21,016 nt of DNA from an uncultured Verrucomicrobiales bacterium (GCA_938091905.1 CALKOM010000066.1:1-21016), one strand, 5' to 3'; positions 1 to 8,889 are shown, counted from the first letter of the stretch. The notes: generated by a model not told the origin, from the sequence alone. Numbers and translations: made by a program.

Positions 1-644
1 CCATACTGGTTTACCCAGACGCAGGTGTGGAGTTCGCCCTTCTTCGCGCCTTCGCCGACGGCGAGTGGTGTGGCGGTATCCCAGACTTTCTTGATGTTGT
101 ACAGTTCACCTTTGGGCGTCTGCCAGATGTAAGGGATGCCTTCCATGATAGGGTGATCAGGCTCGACGGCCTTCACGGTGATCGCGCCTTTCGCTTGATG
201 GTTATAGGAACTGACGCCCAAACACTTTCGCCATTCGTCTGTTTCGGCAACGCGATAGCTGTGCATGCTACAGTGAACGGCCACGCAGGCCACCCCGTCG
301 TGATGAGCTTTGGCGATTCGATTAACGAACTCGTTGTTCTTCACGGCACCGAAGCACTCGTTGTGGAAGACGACGTCATAACCCTCTGCCCAGTCATCTT
401 TCTCGTAGATGCTGACCTTGTGGTCCCGCGATTTCCCGCCCTCATGGACGATGGTCCAATCGACATTCGCACGCTCACTGATACCTGCGCTTAGAATCAG
501 TTTCTGCTGGTCGTAATCATGGCAGCAGCCACCAGTAACCATGAGCGCTTTGATGGGGGTGCCTTCCTCAGCGGGACTTAGGCTCAGAGCGATCAAAGGG
601 GCAGCGAGAAATGAAAGCGCTTTCTTCATAGTGCTTGTTTTCAT
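1..644 (-). CDS. ThuA-like (class I glutamine amidotransferase-like fold) exported protein, 3'-partial
   Basis: Not in the ORF track because it runs off the window edge. My translation from ATG 644 (alternative 629) is open for 214 codons: MKTSTMKKALSFLAAPLIALSLSPA-EEGTPIKALMVTGGCCHDYDQQK...YDVVFHNECF...VAVHCSMHSYR...DHPIMEG...GELYN...TCVWVNQY. Signal peptide followed by the ThuA-type pattern (ALxVTGG.HD, V.H, HPI, ELY, W). Confidence 0.8.
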   Translation of the reverse strand, partial: MKTSTMKKALSFLAAPLIALSLSPAEEGTPIKALMVTGGCCHDYDQQKLILSAGISERANVDWTIVHEGGKSRDHKVSIYEKDDWAEGYDVVFHNECFGAVKNNEFVNRIAKAHHDGVACVAVHCSMHSYRVAETDEWRKCLGVSSYNHQAKGAITVKAVEPDHPIMEGIPYIWQTPKGELYNIKKVWDTATPLAVGEGAKKGELHTCVWVNQY

Positions 645-830
645 AGCTTAAGGGCAGGCCGTCAAGCCTAAGCCCAAGGGACGAAGGGCCTCTATTTGCA
701 GGTGCCCGTGGTGCTCAAGTAGATCGGCCGCCGTCAGGGCCTGCTAACGCCACCATCGGCCCTGGATAAATTCGATTTCCTACTTGCTTTACCCAGAGAC
801 AAATGGCCTGTAAGGCTCCCTTTTATCGCT

Positions 831-1997
831 ATGGATTTCGTATCATCTCGCATCGCTAGTTTAGAACCTTCAATGACTTTGGCCGTGACCGCGCAGGCGG
901 CTTCCATGATTAGGGAGGGCAAAGAAGTTTGCAGTTTCGGAGCAGGTGAGCCAGATGCGGACACCCCTGAATTCATTAAGGAAGCCGCCATCAATGCCCT
1001 TAACGAAGGCAAGACAAAGTACACACCGAGTTCGGGTCTGATCGAGCTGAGGGAGGCGATTGCGGAGAAGCTCCTGGTGGAGAACAATCTCGAGTATAGC
1101 CCAGTGCAAGTAGCGGTGAACTGCGGGGCCAAGCATTCCTGTTTCAACGCTCTGTTTGCCTGTTGTGACGCTGGTGACGAGGTAATCATTCCTGCTCCGT
1201 ATTGGACCAGCTATCCAGAGATGGTCCGCATGATCGGGGCTGAGCCTGTCATCATCGAGACCGAAGAGAAGAACGATTGGAAAATCACGGCGGAAGAGTT
1301 TGAGAATGCCATGTCGCCCAAGACGAAGATGATCATCATCAATTCGCCAGGCAATCCGACGGGCTCCGTCTATTCTGAGGAAGAATTGCGCGCCATCGCA
1401 GAGGTGGCTGAGGGCGAGGACATCCTGATCCTCTCGGACGAGATCTACGAAAAGCTGGTCTACGATGAGACGCCACATTTTAGCATTGGCTCCATCAGCC
1501 CTGCGGTCCGCGATCTTACGATTACGGTCGGAGGATTTAGTAAGGCCTACAGCATGACCGGCTGGCGCCTGGGTTACACGGCTGCTTCTGCGGAGATTGC
1601 AAAGGCGATCGATATCCTTCAGAGTCATTCAACGTCGAACGCGACAACTTTTGCTCAGTATGGGGCTCTTGCCGCCCTTGCCGCTGATCAAGCTGTAATC
1701 GAGGACATGCGAGACGAATTCGATGTGCGTCGTCAATACATGCTGGGACGCTTGCAAGCGATCAGCAATGTCAGCGTGGTTGAGCCGAAGGGTGCCTTCT
1801 ACGTCCTCGTCAACATTGGTGAGATGGGCCTTACCTCGGTCAACTTTGCTGAGAAACTTCTCAGTCGCTATGAGGTCGCCGTTGTTCCAGGCGAAGCGTT
1901 TGGCGCGGATAAGACGGTGCGTTTGAGCTACGCTTGCGGCCTCGATGTGATCAAGGAAGGCCTCGATCGTTTCGAGAAATTCTGCCGCGAGCACTAA
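831..1997 (+). CDS. aspC: PLP-dependent class I/II aminotransferase, aspartate aminotransferase subgroup Ib
   Basis: Motifs GAGEPD, YTPSSGLIELR, PYWTSY, NSPGNPTG, SDEIYE and PLP-lysine motif GFSKAYSMTGWRLG; C-terminal GAFY and RLSYA. Lys in GAKHS matches the acidic-substrate Lys position of subgroup Ib enzymes. Confidence 0.93.
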   Translation: MDFVSSRIASLEPSMTLAVTAQAASMIREGKEVCSFGAGEPDADTPEFIKEAAINALNEGKTKYTPSSGLIELREAIAEKLLVENNLEYSPVQVAVNCGAKHSCFNALFACCDAGDEVIIPAPYWTSYPEMVRMIGAEPVIIETEEKNDWKITAEEFENAMSPKTKMIIINSPGNPTGSVYSEEELRAIAEVAEGEDILILSDEIYEKLVYDETPHFSIGSISPAVRDLTITVGGFSKAYSMTGWRLGYTAASAEIAKAIDILQSHSTSNATTFAQYGALAALAADQAVIEDMRDEFDVRRQYMLGRLQAISNVSVVEPKGAFYVLVNIGEMGLTSVNFAEKLLSRYEVAVVPGEAFGADKTVRLSYACGLDVIKEGLDRFEKFCREH

Positions 1998-2013
1998 AGC
2001 CTATCTGTTTCAA

Positions 2014-2196
2014 ATGAAGCCTAACGCACCCGTAAAGATTTCAGTCAAGACCTCGCTGATCTTTGCAGGCGTAGCGTTGCTCATGCGTCTCTTGCCAATT
2101 CCACTGGATGGAGATGTCTTTAAGGATCTCGCTTTCTGGGTGATGCTGGCTGCTTACAGCTTCCTGCTTTGGGCAACCGTGTTGAAGAAAGTCTAA
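2014..2196 (+). CDS. small hypothetical membrane protein (2 TM helices)
   Basis: 60 aa, ATG 16 nt after the aminotransferase stop, two hydrophobic stretches (SLIFAGVALLMRLL; LAFWVMLAAYSFLLWATV) and basic termini. Confidence 0.6.
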   Translation: MKPNAPVKISVKTSLIFAGVALLMRLLPIPLDGDVFKDLAFWVMLAAYSFLLWATVLKKV

Positions 2197-2289
2197 GCAA
2201 CCTGGCGCAACTCCTCAGAGTCGCGATGGATTTTCAATCGCAAATCCAGAGAGGAAAGTCCCCGTCCTGCGAAATTGATTTCCGCTCTG

Positions 2290-3990
2290 CTATGTAGGCG
2301 AAGGCGGCCGCTTGTTCTTCGCTAGGAAGGTGATCGTTCCTATGACTAACATCACGGCGAGTACACCAATGAAGACCATTCCGATTGGGAACTTGCTCGC
2401 TCCAAAGGTCTTGTCTTTCAGTCCCCAAATGGAGGCGAATGTAGCGATCAGTGTTGCCGTGCCCATGAGGAGATTCCAAATCAGGCGGGCCTTGCCGGTG
2501 GGCATGGCATCGCCGAGAAGACGGCGGGAGTTCATCAAGAGGAAAAAGGTAAAGTAGGCGATTGGAAGCAACGCGCCGCCAATAACCGAGGTCGGAATGG
2601 CGAGAGCCGCTTTTGATTGTCCAGCCCAGACAATCGGGAAAAAGATTCCCAGCAAGCCCGGGATCATGCAGCCGACGCGGAACATCGGTCCCTCCGAGGA
2701 GACGTTTAGCATCTCACAGAAGGTGAATCCACTGATAAGCATCAAGATAATGATAGTCGATAGGGCCATTCCTAGCACCCCAACTCCAAAGACAATCTGA
2801 GCAAAGGTCTTGCTATCGGTGAGAGATTCCAAAGCCGAAGCGAGATTGAAGGCATCTCGCTCGACGAGCATGGCGGCCAAGCGCCGGTCAGCTTCCGGAG
2901 CGAGTTCACGCAGAGGCTGCTTGGCCTCTGGAGAAAGAATAGCGTATCCGTTATCAGTCGTTGCCAGACGCTTGTCGAGAAGCTTATTGTAAGCCACTTC
3001 CATCTTAGGATTGATGCTACCATCAGGGAGTAAGACGTCGTCTGCCTTTCCATGAAACTGCGAGGCTGCGGCGAGCACCACACATGCAGTGGCGAGAACG
3101 TAAGGGATGATTAGGCCAGTCGCCAAATCAAAGATAGCGAGTTCGCGGTGGTTCTTACCCCAGCCCTTCTTTAGCATGGAGTAGGGGAGCAGGAAGGTCA
3201 TGTTGATTCCCACCGCGGTTGCAAAGGCGGCGATCATCTTGTCTTTCTGAGTTCCTACGACATAGGTGTTCCAGAAACTAGCGCTTTCACCTGTTGCCGC
3301 GATTGCCTCTTCGTAGAGAGGTGCTGGTGAAGATAAAAAACTGAGGCTTGGGATGAAACCGCTGAAGATTTCGCCCCACGGAAGGGTGGAGGAAAGGCGC
3401 AGAACAACTCCAAAGAAACTGAGCACCACGACCGCGACCATGACCTTTAAAATGGTTTCGAAGATCTTTACGCCCTTGCCGCCGGAGTTATAGAACCAGA
3501 TGACCGTGCTAGCAAGAATCAAGAGGACGATGCCAATGGAGAACTCTTCCTTCAGAGAGTCAGGATTATTCAGACTGGGAACTAGATTCTGCTGAATGGC
3601 CGCTGTTCCTAGGGAGAACTGAGGCAGGCACCAGACGATGTTCGCCATGAGTGTGGCGATCAGCCACCCCCAGCCGAGAAGCGGGCTCACATTCTTGTTG
3701 ATGGAGCCAAACGGCCGTTGCCCAGTGGATAGTGTCACGTAGGCGATTGCGCTGAGCATGATGACCCCCATCACCATGGCGATGGGTTGGAGCCACATGA
3801 AACCGTAGCCTGCGATAATCCCGAGGTAGAGAGAGCCCGCCAAAGATCCTCCACCCAGGGTAATCGCTCCTTGAAGCCAGCCGGGCCCGCACCTCGCTGC
3901 GTAGCTTTTTACGCGTCCGAAAGCAGGTTTGGCCATGATCTCGGCCATTTCTGAACTATCATTTCCTTGTGACGAATCCGGGTTGCTCAT
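2290..3990 (-). CDS. NRAMP-related (APC/LeuT-fold) secondary transporter, substrate uncertain
   Basis: About 11 hydrophobic segments. N-terminal GPGWLQGAITLGGGS...AGYGFMW matches the NRAMP GPG...GYxLLW layout, but DPGN and MPH are absent. Confidence 0.8.
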   Translation of the reverse strand: MSNPDSSQGNDSSEMAEIMAKPAFGRVKSYAARCGPGWLQGAITLGGGSLAGSLYLGIIAGYGFMWLQPIAMVMGVIMLSAIAYVTLSTGQRPFGSINKNVSPLLGWGWLIATLMANIVWCLPQFSLGTAAIQQNLVPSLNNPDSLKEEFSIGIVLLILASTVIWFYNSGGKGVKIFETILKVMVAVVVLSFFGVVLRLSSTLPWGEIFSGFIPSLSFLSSPAPLYEEAIAATGESASFWNTYVVGTQKDKMIAAFATAVGINMTFLLPYSMLKKGWGKNHRELAIFDLATGLIIPYVLATACVVLAAASQFHGKADDVLLPDGSINPKMEVAYNKLLDKRLATTDNGYAILSPEAKQPLRELAPEADRRLAAMLVERDAFNLASALESLTDSKTFAQIVFGVGVLGMALSTIIILMLISGFTFCEMLNVSSEGPMFRVGCMIPGLLGIFFPIVWAGQSKAALAIPTSVIGGALLPIAYFTFFLLMNSRRLLGDAMPTGKARLIWNLLMGTATLIATFASIWGLKDKTFGASKFPIGMVFIGVLAVMLVIGTITFLAKNKRPPSPT

Positions 3991-4018
3991 GATCTATGGG
4001 TAAAATGCCAAATGGGTG

Positions 4019-4051
4019 TGTGGCGGCGAGGATGAGTCCTTGGCCGCCACA
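4019..4051. repeat. GC-rich inverted repeat / hairpin upstream of the transporter
   Basis: TGTGGCGGC (4019-4027) / GCCGCCACA (4043-4051) perfect 9-bp arms with inner AGGA/TCCT and a 4-nt loop; 28 nt from the transporter ATG. Confidence 0.7.
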
Positions 4052-4100
4052 TGACAACGACAACTTGGTTGAAAGTGGAATGACGATCGTTTACTTAAAA

Positions 4101-4130
4101 ATGATAATAACAGAAAGCGTGGCAATTCAA
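4101..4130 (-). promoter_or_regulatory. putative sigma70 promoter of the transporter
   Basis: Minus strand reads TTGAAT-N18-TATCAT with an overlapping extended -10 TGtTATTAT, in an AT-rich patch. Confidence 0.4.
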
Positions 4131-4173
4131 ACTGAGCTGGTCCTTGAGTCGTTTGAAAACCGTGATAATTCCA

Positions 4174-4202
4174 TAGACGCTGTGGGAGGCACTGCCTAAG
4201 GT
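4174..4202 (+). promoter_or_regulatory. putative sigma70 promoter of the OmpA-domain gene
   Basis: TAGACG (4174-4179)-N17-TAAGGT (4197-4202); supports ATG 4231 rather than GTG 4201 as the start. Confidence 0.45.
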
Positions 4203-4230
4203 GGACGAAGGCTCCCCAAGCTCTATCGCT

Positions 4231-6270
4231 ATGTCAAACCGCCTTGCTGTTCTGGTAGCCCCGTTCGTTTTTCTCGGTCTGGGTTACTTCGTCTTCATCA
4301 AGTTTGCCTATGAGGAGAAGCAGCATGTTGAGCCTCTTCATGTTCCGGACGAAGTGTCCGTGGTACCCTCCGTTCCGGGTGGGCATGAGGGAGACTCCCC
4401 GATCGACGAGGAGGGGAGTCGAGAAACCGTTCCTTTGGCGGCTAGCGTCTTTCCCAATGTTCACATCACGGAGTTTCCTGGCCGACGATTGGTGGTGTCT
4501 GGGAGAATGTCCAATGTGGTAGGCAGAACGAAAGTTCTGGAAGCCATTGCGAATGACCTTGGAGAGAGCTTCGTGATCGATGACCAGGTGAAGCTGGATT
4601 TCCAGTGTGAACCGTTTAGCTGGGGATCGAGAGTCGAAGAATTGGATTTTACCGAAATCCAGAAAGTGAGGAATTTCGATCTTCAACTAACCAACACTCG
4701 AGTGACGCTTTCCGGCGAGGTCTTCAGTCAGCAGGCGAGCGCAAACGTTGCTGGTCGCGTCCAATCTAGGTTGCCCCGCGAAGTGAGCTTTGAAGACGCA
4801 CTGAAGACAGTAGCTAAGCCAGAGGCATCGTTCTCTGTATGGGCGGCCCCTGACCGTACCTTTCTTGTCTCAGGAACTGTTCCTGAGGCCAGCGCAGAAG
4901 CCTATGTGAAACTGATCCAGGATGCGATGCCCGGAATGCCCGTAATCAACGACTTGATAGAGGATCGCTTTGTTCAGAAGCCCGATTGGGATGTTCGGGT
5001 GAAGGCGTTTCTCCCAGGGTTTCTAAGTACGACACAACGTGCCTCCCTAAAGATTGATTCCGGAAATCATGTGAAACTGGAAGGCTTAGCTCAGTCTAGA
5101 GCTATAGCGAACATGCGAACAAACCTTCGGCAAAGCTTTCCCAAGCCGATGTATGATTTGCAAGTCGATCTTCAGCTAGGTGTTCCAACGAATATCAAGG
5201 TCACCACACCTGATTCATCAAAGGCTCCTACGGGGCCCGTAGCTCGTACCGTGCCTGAAATGATCGGGAGCTACAAAGTCTACTTTAGAAGTGGCCGCTC
5301 GAGAGTTTCCCAGCTGAATTCATCAGAGGTGGCCAAGCTGGATCGCTTGGGGCGGCAGTGGCGGAAGGAGAATTTCAATCAGAAAGTATACGTGTTTGGG
5401 TTCACTGACAGTTCGGGTGATCCAGGTACTAATGCTTACTTCAGCGAGACTCGGTGTAGTAATGTCGTCACGTATTTGAAGAAGAAGTATAACATTGATG
5501 CCTCTTTGTTTGAAGTGATGGGCACCCCTCCTGATCATCCAATGGAATCTGGGACCGCTGACGAACTTCGACGGGTCGAATTTAGCCTAACTAATCAACC
5601 CTCTCAAGCCCCGGAGACCAACTGGACAGCGACAAGTGCAGGCCCTTCGAATGTCCTAAAGCCAGTCGTGGCAGCTGAGTTGTTCTCCCAGTCAAAGGAA
5701 ATCTTCTTTGGCAGTGGCAAAGTGACGCCTTCTGCAGAAGATCGAGAGTCTCTCTTCCAGTTAGGCAGCGCACTGGCTCTAGAGAAGAACAAAAACATGA
5801 TCATTGTCTATGGCTATGCGGACTCGAAGGGCAAAGCTGCGGCCAACAAGTGGTTCACAGAGGAGCGGTGCAAGGCGGTGCGCGACGAATTGATGCGAGG
5901 AGGCGTGCCAGGCGAGCGAATCATCATGCGGCTAATCTTGCCGGCGAAAGTATCAGAGCCTGCTAGCGAATCTCCTCCGAAGAAGCAGGAGGATGAAGAC
6001 GATGAAGAGCCTGAGACCGTCAATCCTCGAAAGGTGCAGCTGGTCATGATGGAGAGGGCTGCCTATGACAAGATAGAAGCAGAGAAGGAGGCCGCAGCCG
6101 AGGCAGAAGAGAAGGCAGCAGCTGAAGCAGAGAAGAAGGCGGAGGAGGACGCCAAACGGGCGGAAGATGCTGAGTTAGAGGCAGAAGACGCTGGTCAGAC
6201 TAAGCCAAATACAGAGCCAATCGCTGAAGAAATGATCACGCCTGAGAGCGCTTTTAACACAGCTCCCTAA
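4231..6270 (+). CDS. membrane-anchored protein with BON-like repeats and two OmpA-like peptidoglycan-binding domains
   Basis: N-terminal TM (LAVLVAPFVFLGLGYFVF); repeated BON-like units (LVVSGRM, VTLSGEV, FLVSGTV, VKLEG); two OmpA C-terminal motifs VYF.SG...GFTDSSG...N..FSETRC..V...RRVE and IFF.SG...GYADSKG...N..FTEERC..V...RKVQ; acidic Ala/Glu/Lys tail. ORF track start is GTG 4201. Confidence 0.85.
   Translation: MSNRLAVLVAPFVFLGLGYFVFIKFAYEEKQHVEPLHVPDEVSVVPSVPGGHEGDSPIDEEGSRETVPLAASVFPNVHITEFPGRRLVVSGRMSNVVGRTKVLEAIANDLGESFVIDDQVKLDFQCEPFSWGSRVEELDFTEIQKVRNFDLQLTNTRVTLSGEVFSQQASANVAGRVQSRLPREVSFEDALKTVAKPEASFSVWAAPDRTFLVSGTVPEASAEAYVKLIQDAMPGMPVINDLIEDRFVQKPDWDVRVKAFLPGFLSTTQRASLKIDSGNHVKLEGLAQSRAIANMRTNLRQSFPKPMYDLQVDLQLGVPTNIKVTTPDSSKAPTGPVARTVPEMIGSYKVYFRSGRSRVSQLNSSEVAKLDRLGRQWRKENFNQKVYVFGFTDSSGDPGTNAYFSETRCSNVVTYLKKKYNIDASLFEVMGTPPDHPMESGTADELRRVEFSLTNQPSQAPETNWTATSAGPSNVLKPVVAAELFSQSKEIFFGSGKVTPSAEDRESLFQLGSALALEKNKNMIIVYGYADSKGKAAANKWFTEERCKAVRDELMRGGVPGERIIMRLILPAKVSEPASESPPKKQEDEDDEEPETVNPRKVQLVMMERAAYDKIEAEKEAAAEAEEKAAAEAEKKAEEDAKRAEDAELEAEDAGQTKPNTEPIAEEMITPESAFNTAP
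6079..6150 (+). repeat. imperfect 24-nt coding repeat (AEKEAAAE/AEEKAAAE/AEKKAEED)
   Basis: Three 8-aa units in the low-complexity C-terminal tail of the OmpA-domain protein. Confidence 0.55.
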
Positions 6271-6287
6271 GCAAAAATGTGGTCAAG

Positions 6288-6349
6288 ATGACAGCGCTGT
6301 CATAGAGAGGTCATACAGGCGTCATCAGCGTGAGGTTTGTTGTTATAGT
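6288..6349 (+). promoter_or_regulatory. OmpR/PhoB-family-like operator array plus extended -10 promoter
   Basis: Perfect 16-bp palindrome ATGACAGCGCTGTCAT (6288-6303); GTCAT direct repeats at 6299, 6310 and 6321 (11-bp period); TGtTATAGT at 6341-6349, with the third repeat at the -35 position. Confidence 0.7.
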
Positions 6350-6385
6350 GGACGTCGTTGTCCATCCAACCCAAGACCTCGTCCG

Positions 6386-8872
6386 ATGTTTCTATTCAAC
6401 CGCATCTGCCTCATCCTCTTTGCTCTCGGTGGTGTGTCCTCGCTGCTAGGCAATGATCAGCCTTCGACTGCGGAGATCCATTTCTTTGAATCCAAGATCC
6501 GACCGGTTCTCGCGGAGAACTGCTACCGTTGTCACTCCGCGAAGGAGAAGATCCGAGGCGGTCTGGTGCTCGATACCCGTGCAGGCTTACTAGGTGGCGG
6601 CGATTCCGGCGATGTTATCGTGCCAGGTGACGCCGAGGCGAGCCTCTTGTGGAAGGCTGTGAGTTGGGCGCACGAGGACTATCAAATGCCTCCCAAGGAG
6701 AAACTTTCAAAGTCTGCCATTCAGGACCTCCGCGAGTGGATACAAATGGGAGCTCCAGATCCACGGAGGACGGTCGAGCCGCCGGTCAGCCGCAAGATGG
6801 ATATCGATGCAGTGAGGGATTTCTGGTCGTTTCAATCACCGCGACAGACACCCCTTCCGCCGGTAAAAGATCAGAGCTGGCCACGGCAAGATATGGATTA
6901 CTTTGTCCTAGCAAAGCTTGAGGCCAAGCAGCTACGGCCAGCCAGAGATGCAAAGCCCGAGATCATCTTGAGACGATTGAACTCCGATCTGATCGGATTA
7001 CCGCCGAGCCCAGAGGAGGTTGCTGCCTTCCTCAAAGACTGGCACCGGGACCCTGAAGATGCCTATGACCGAAAAGTGAATTCCTTGCTGGAAAGTTGTC
7101 AGTTTGGTGAGCGCTGGGGAAGACATTGGTTAGACGTGGCTCGCTACGCGGAATCGAGTGGCAAGGAGATCAACACAACGTTCCCTCAAGCGTGGCGCTA
7201 TCGTGACTATGTCATTGATGCCTTCAACGCTGACAAGCCTTACGATGAGTTTGTCAGGGAGCAGATTGCCGGTGATTTGCTTCCTGCAGAGGACGATTCC
7301 GAGTGGCAAGAACATCTTGTGGCGACCGGCTTCCTCGCCATCGGTCCCAAAGGGCTCAACGAAAGGGATGCACGGCAGTTTGCAGCGGATCTCGTCGATG
7401 AACAGATAGACACCATGTCTCAAGCTGTGCTCGGGCTGACCGTATCTTGCGCACGATGCCATGATCATAAATCGGATGCCATTCCGACTACCGATTACTA
7501 CGCTCTTGCCGGGATCTTTCATAATACCAAGACGTTCTTTGGAACAGTAAATCAAGGGAACACCCGGCGGGCTACGAATTTGTTAGAGTTACCAATAGAT
7601 GACGCCAACGCCTTAAGAAGCTACTCACCCAAAGAGATAGCCGGGCTCAGAGCGCGTCTTAGCAAATCTGAGAACGAGCTTGCAGAGGTCGTGCGGGAGC
7701 GCGCTCGCCAGCGGCGTAGCGGGACGCCGGATACACAGAATTTGAATCGTCGATTCCAGCGTCTGCGGTCATCAACAGCGCTGCTGCGTTCAAACTTAGA
7801 TAGCATTGATCTCAAGACGGGCACGATGAAGGCGCTCGCCATGGGCGTTCAGGAAGTTGCTTCTGTTCGACCTACCAAAGTGCTGATTCGTGGAGAGGTG
7901 GATAAACCTGGCCCCGAAATTGATCGGGGGTTTCTCAGTATTCTACCCCATACCTCCACATCGGCGAAGCCGACAGCAGCGAACAGCGGGCGATTGGAGC
8001 TCGCTGAGTGGCTCGCTTCTCCTCGCAATCCTCTGATAGCACGCGTCTTTGTGAACCGGGTATGGCAGCATCTCTTTGGGCGTGGTCTTGTCGAAACACC
8101 GAATGATTTCGGTGTTTCAGGTAGTCTTCCCACGCATCCGGAGCTGTTGGATCGATTGGCGGTTGAGTTCATGGAAGACGGCTGGTCTATCAAGCAACTC
8201 ATACGGACACTTGTCCGATCTCAAACTTACCGCATGAGTTCCGAGTTCAATTCAGGATATCAGGCGATTGACCCAAATAACGAGCTACTCTGGCGTCACA
8301 CCCCACAGCGACTCAACGCCGAAGCCTTTCGAGATGCATTGCTCAATGCTAGTGGCAGACTAGATAGGGAAAGGCCGCTGGCATCGCAGGTGGGGAACCT
8401 GGGAGATCCTAGCTTTGGATCGCGCTTAAGACGGACGGGAGATGCTGGGGCCTCTTTGGAATATCGATCGGTCTATTTGCCCATGATTCGTGACGCTGTT
8501 CCTGAAAGTCTAGCGCTCTTCGACGCCGCAGATCCGAATTTGGTTACCGGAACTCGAGAATCGACCAGCGTGCCTGGTCAGGCACTCTACATGATGAATA
8601 ACCCCTTTGTCATCGCGCAGAGCAAGGCCTTTGCGCAGCGCGTGTTCAAGGGATCCCAAGAGCCACGTGAGCGTGTGGAACGGGCCTACCAGATTGCCTA
8701 TGGGCGAGCGCCGTCACGCCAGGAAATCAGGTCCGCGCAACTTTACCTGCGGGCCTTCTATCAAGCATCAGATCAAGGCAAGACCCGCAGGAAATTCGGA
8801 CATGGGCGCCTAGCCTTCGAAAGCTTCTGTCAGAGCCTACTCGCTTCCGCCGAATTCCGTTACATCAACTAG
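6386..8872 (+). CDS. planctomycete cytochrome c (PSCyt1) + DUF1549 + DUF1553 (PSD1) domain protein
   Basis: Signal peptide; FFESKIRPVLAENCYRCH (heme motif 6521-6535), MPPK, WIQMGA; GERWGRHWLDVARYAES; WRYRDYVI.AFN.DKPYDEF; GLTVSCARCHDHK (second heme motif 7448-7462); SGRLELA.W...NPL.ARV.VNR.WQH.FG.G; PTHPELLD.LA; QALYMMN; EFRY. Confidence 0.95.
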   Translation: MFLFNRICLILFALGGVSSLLGNDQPSTAEIHFFESKIRPVLAENCYRCHSAKEKIRGGLVLDTRAGLLGGGDSGDVIVPGDAEASLLWKAVSWAHEDYQMPPKEKLSKSAIQDLREWIQMGAPDPRRTVEPPVSRKMDIDAVRDFWSFQSPRQTPLPPVKDQSWPRQDMDYFVLAKLEAKQLRPARDAKPEIILRRLNSDLIGLPPSPEEVAAFLKDWHRDPEDAYDRKVNSLLESCQFGERWGRHWLDVARYAESSGKEINTTFPQAWRYRDYVIDAFNADKPYDEFVREQIAGDLLPAEDDSEWQEHLVATGFLAIGPKGLNERDARQFAADLVDEQIDTMSQAVLGLTVSCARCHDHKSDAIPTTDYYALAGIFHNTKTFFGTVNQGNTRRATNLLELPIDDANALRSYSPKEIAGLRARLSKSENELAEVVRERARQRRSGTPDTQNLNRRFQRLRSSTALLRSNLDSIDLKTGTMKALAMGVQEVASVRPTKVLIRGEVDKPGPEIDRGFLSILPHTSTSAKPTAANSGRLELAEWLASPRNPLIARVFVNRVWQHLFGRGLVETPNDFGVSGSLPTHPELLDRLAVEFMEDGWSIKQLIRTLVRSQTYRMSSEFNSGYQAIDPNNELLWRHTPQRLNAEAFRDALLNASGRLDRERPLASQVGNLGDPSFGSRLRRTGDAGASLEYRSVYLPMIRDAVPESLALFDAADPNLVTGTRESTSVPGQALYMMNNPFVIAQSKAFAQRVFKGSQEPRERVERAYQIAYGRAPSRQEIRSAQLYLRAFYQASDQGKTRRKFGHGRLAFESFCQSLLASAEFRYIN

Positions 8873-8889
8873 TTTTCATCACCTACGTC

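Noticed and set aside
27..494. 155-aa plus-strand ORF from the track
   Set aside because: Antisense shadow of the ThuA-like gene, which has a signal peptide and family motifs.
734..1994. Minus-strand ORFs of 151, 252 and 121 aa
   Set aside because: Shadows of the aminotransferase with no recognisable motifs. The same applies to the other nested or antisense ORFs in the track.
2197..2289. Intrinsic terminator between convergent genes (TGGATTT/AAATCCA, GCGAT/ATCGC)
   Set aside because: Short, competing stems without a U-tract on either strand.
4097..4115. Fur-box-like AAAAATGATAATAACAGAA next to an NRAMP-like gene
   Set aside because: Only 11/19 matches, all but one in the left two-thirds, and explained by overlapping -10 elements.
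3996..4199. 67-aa ORF in the divergent intergenic region
   Set aside because: Overlaps both candidate promoters and the hairpin, and has no recognisable protein features.
3991..4200. yybP-ykoY manganese riboswitch before the transporter
   Set aside because: The GGGGAGUAGC and GAGACC consensus blocks are absent on the minus strand.
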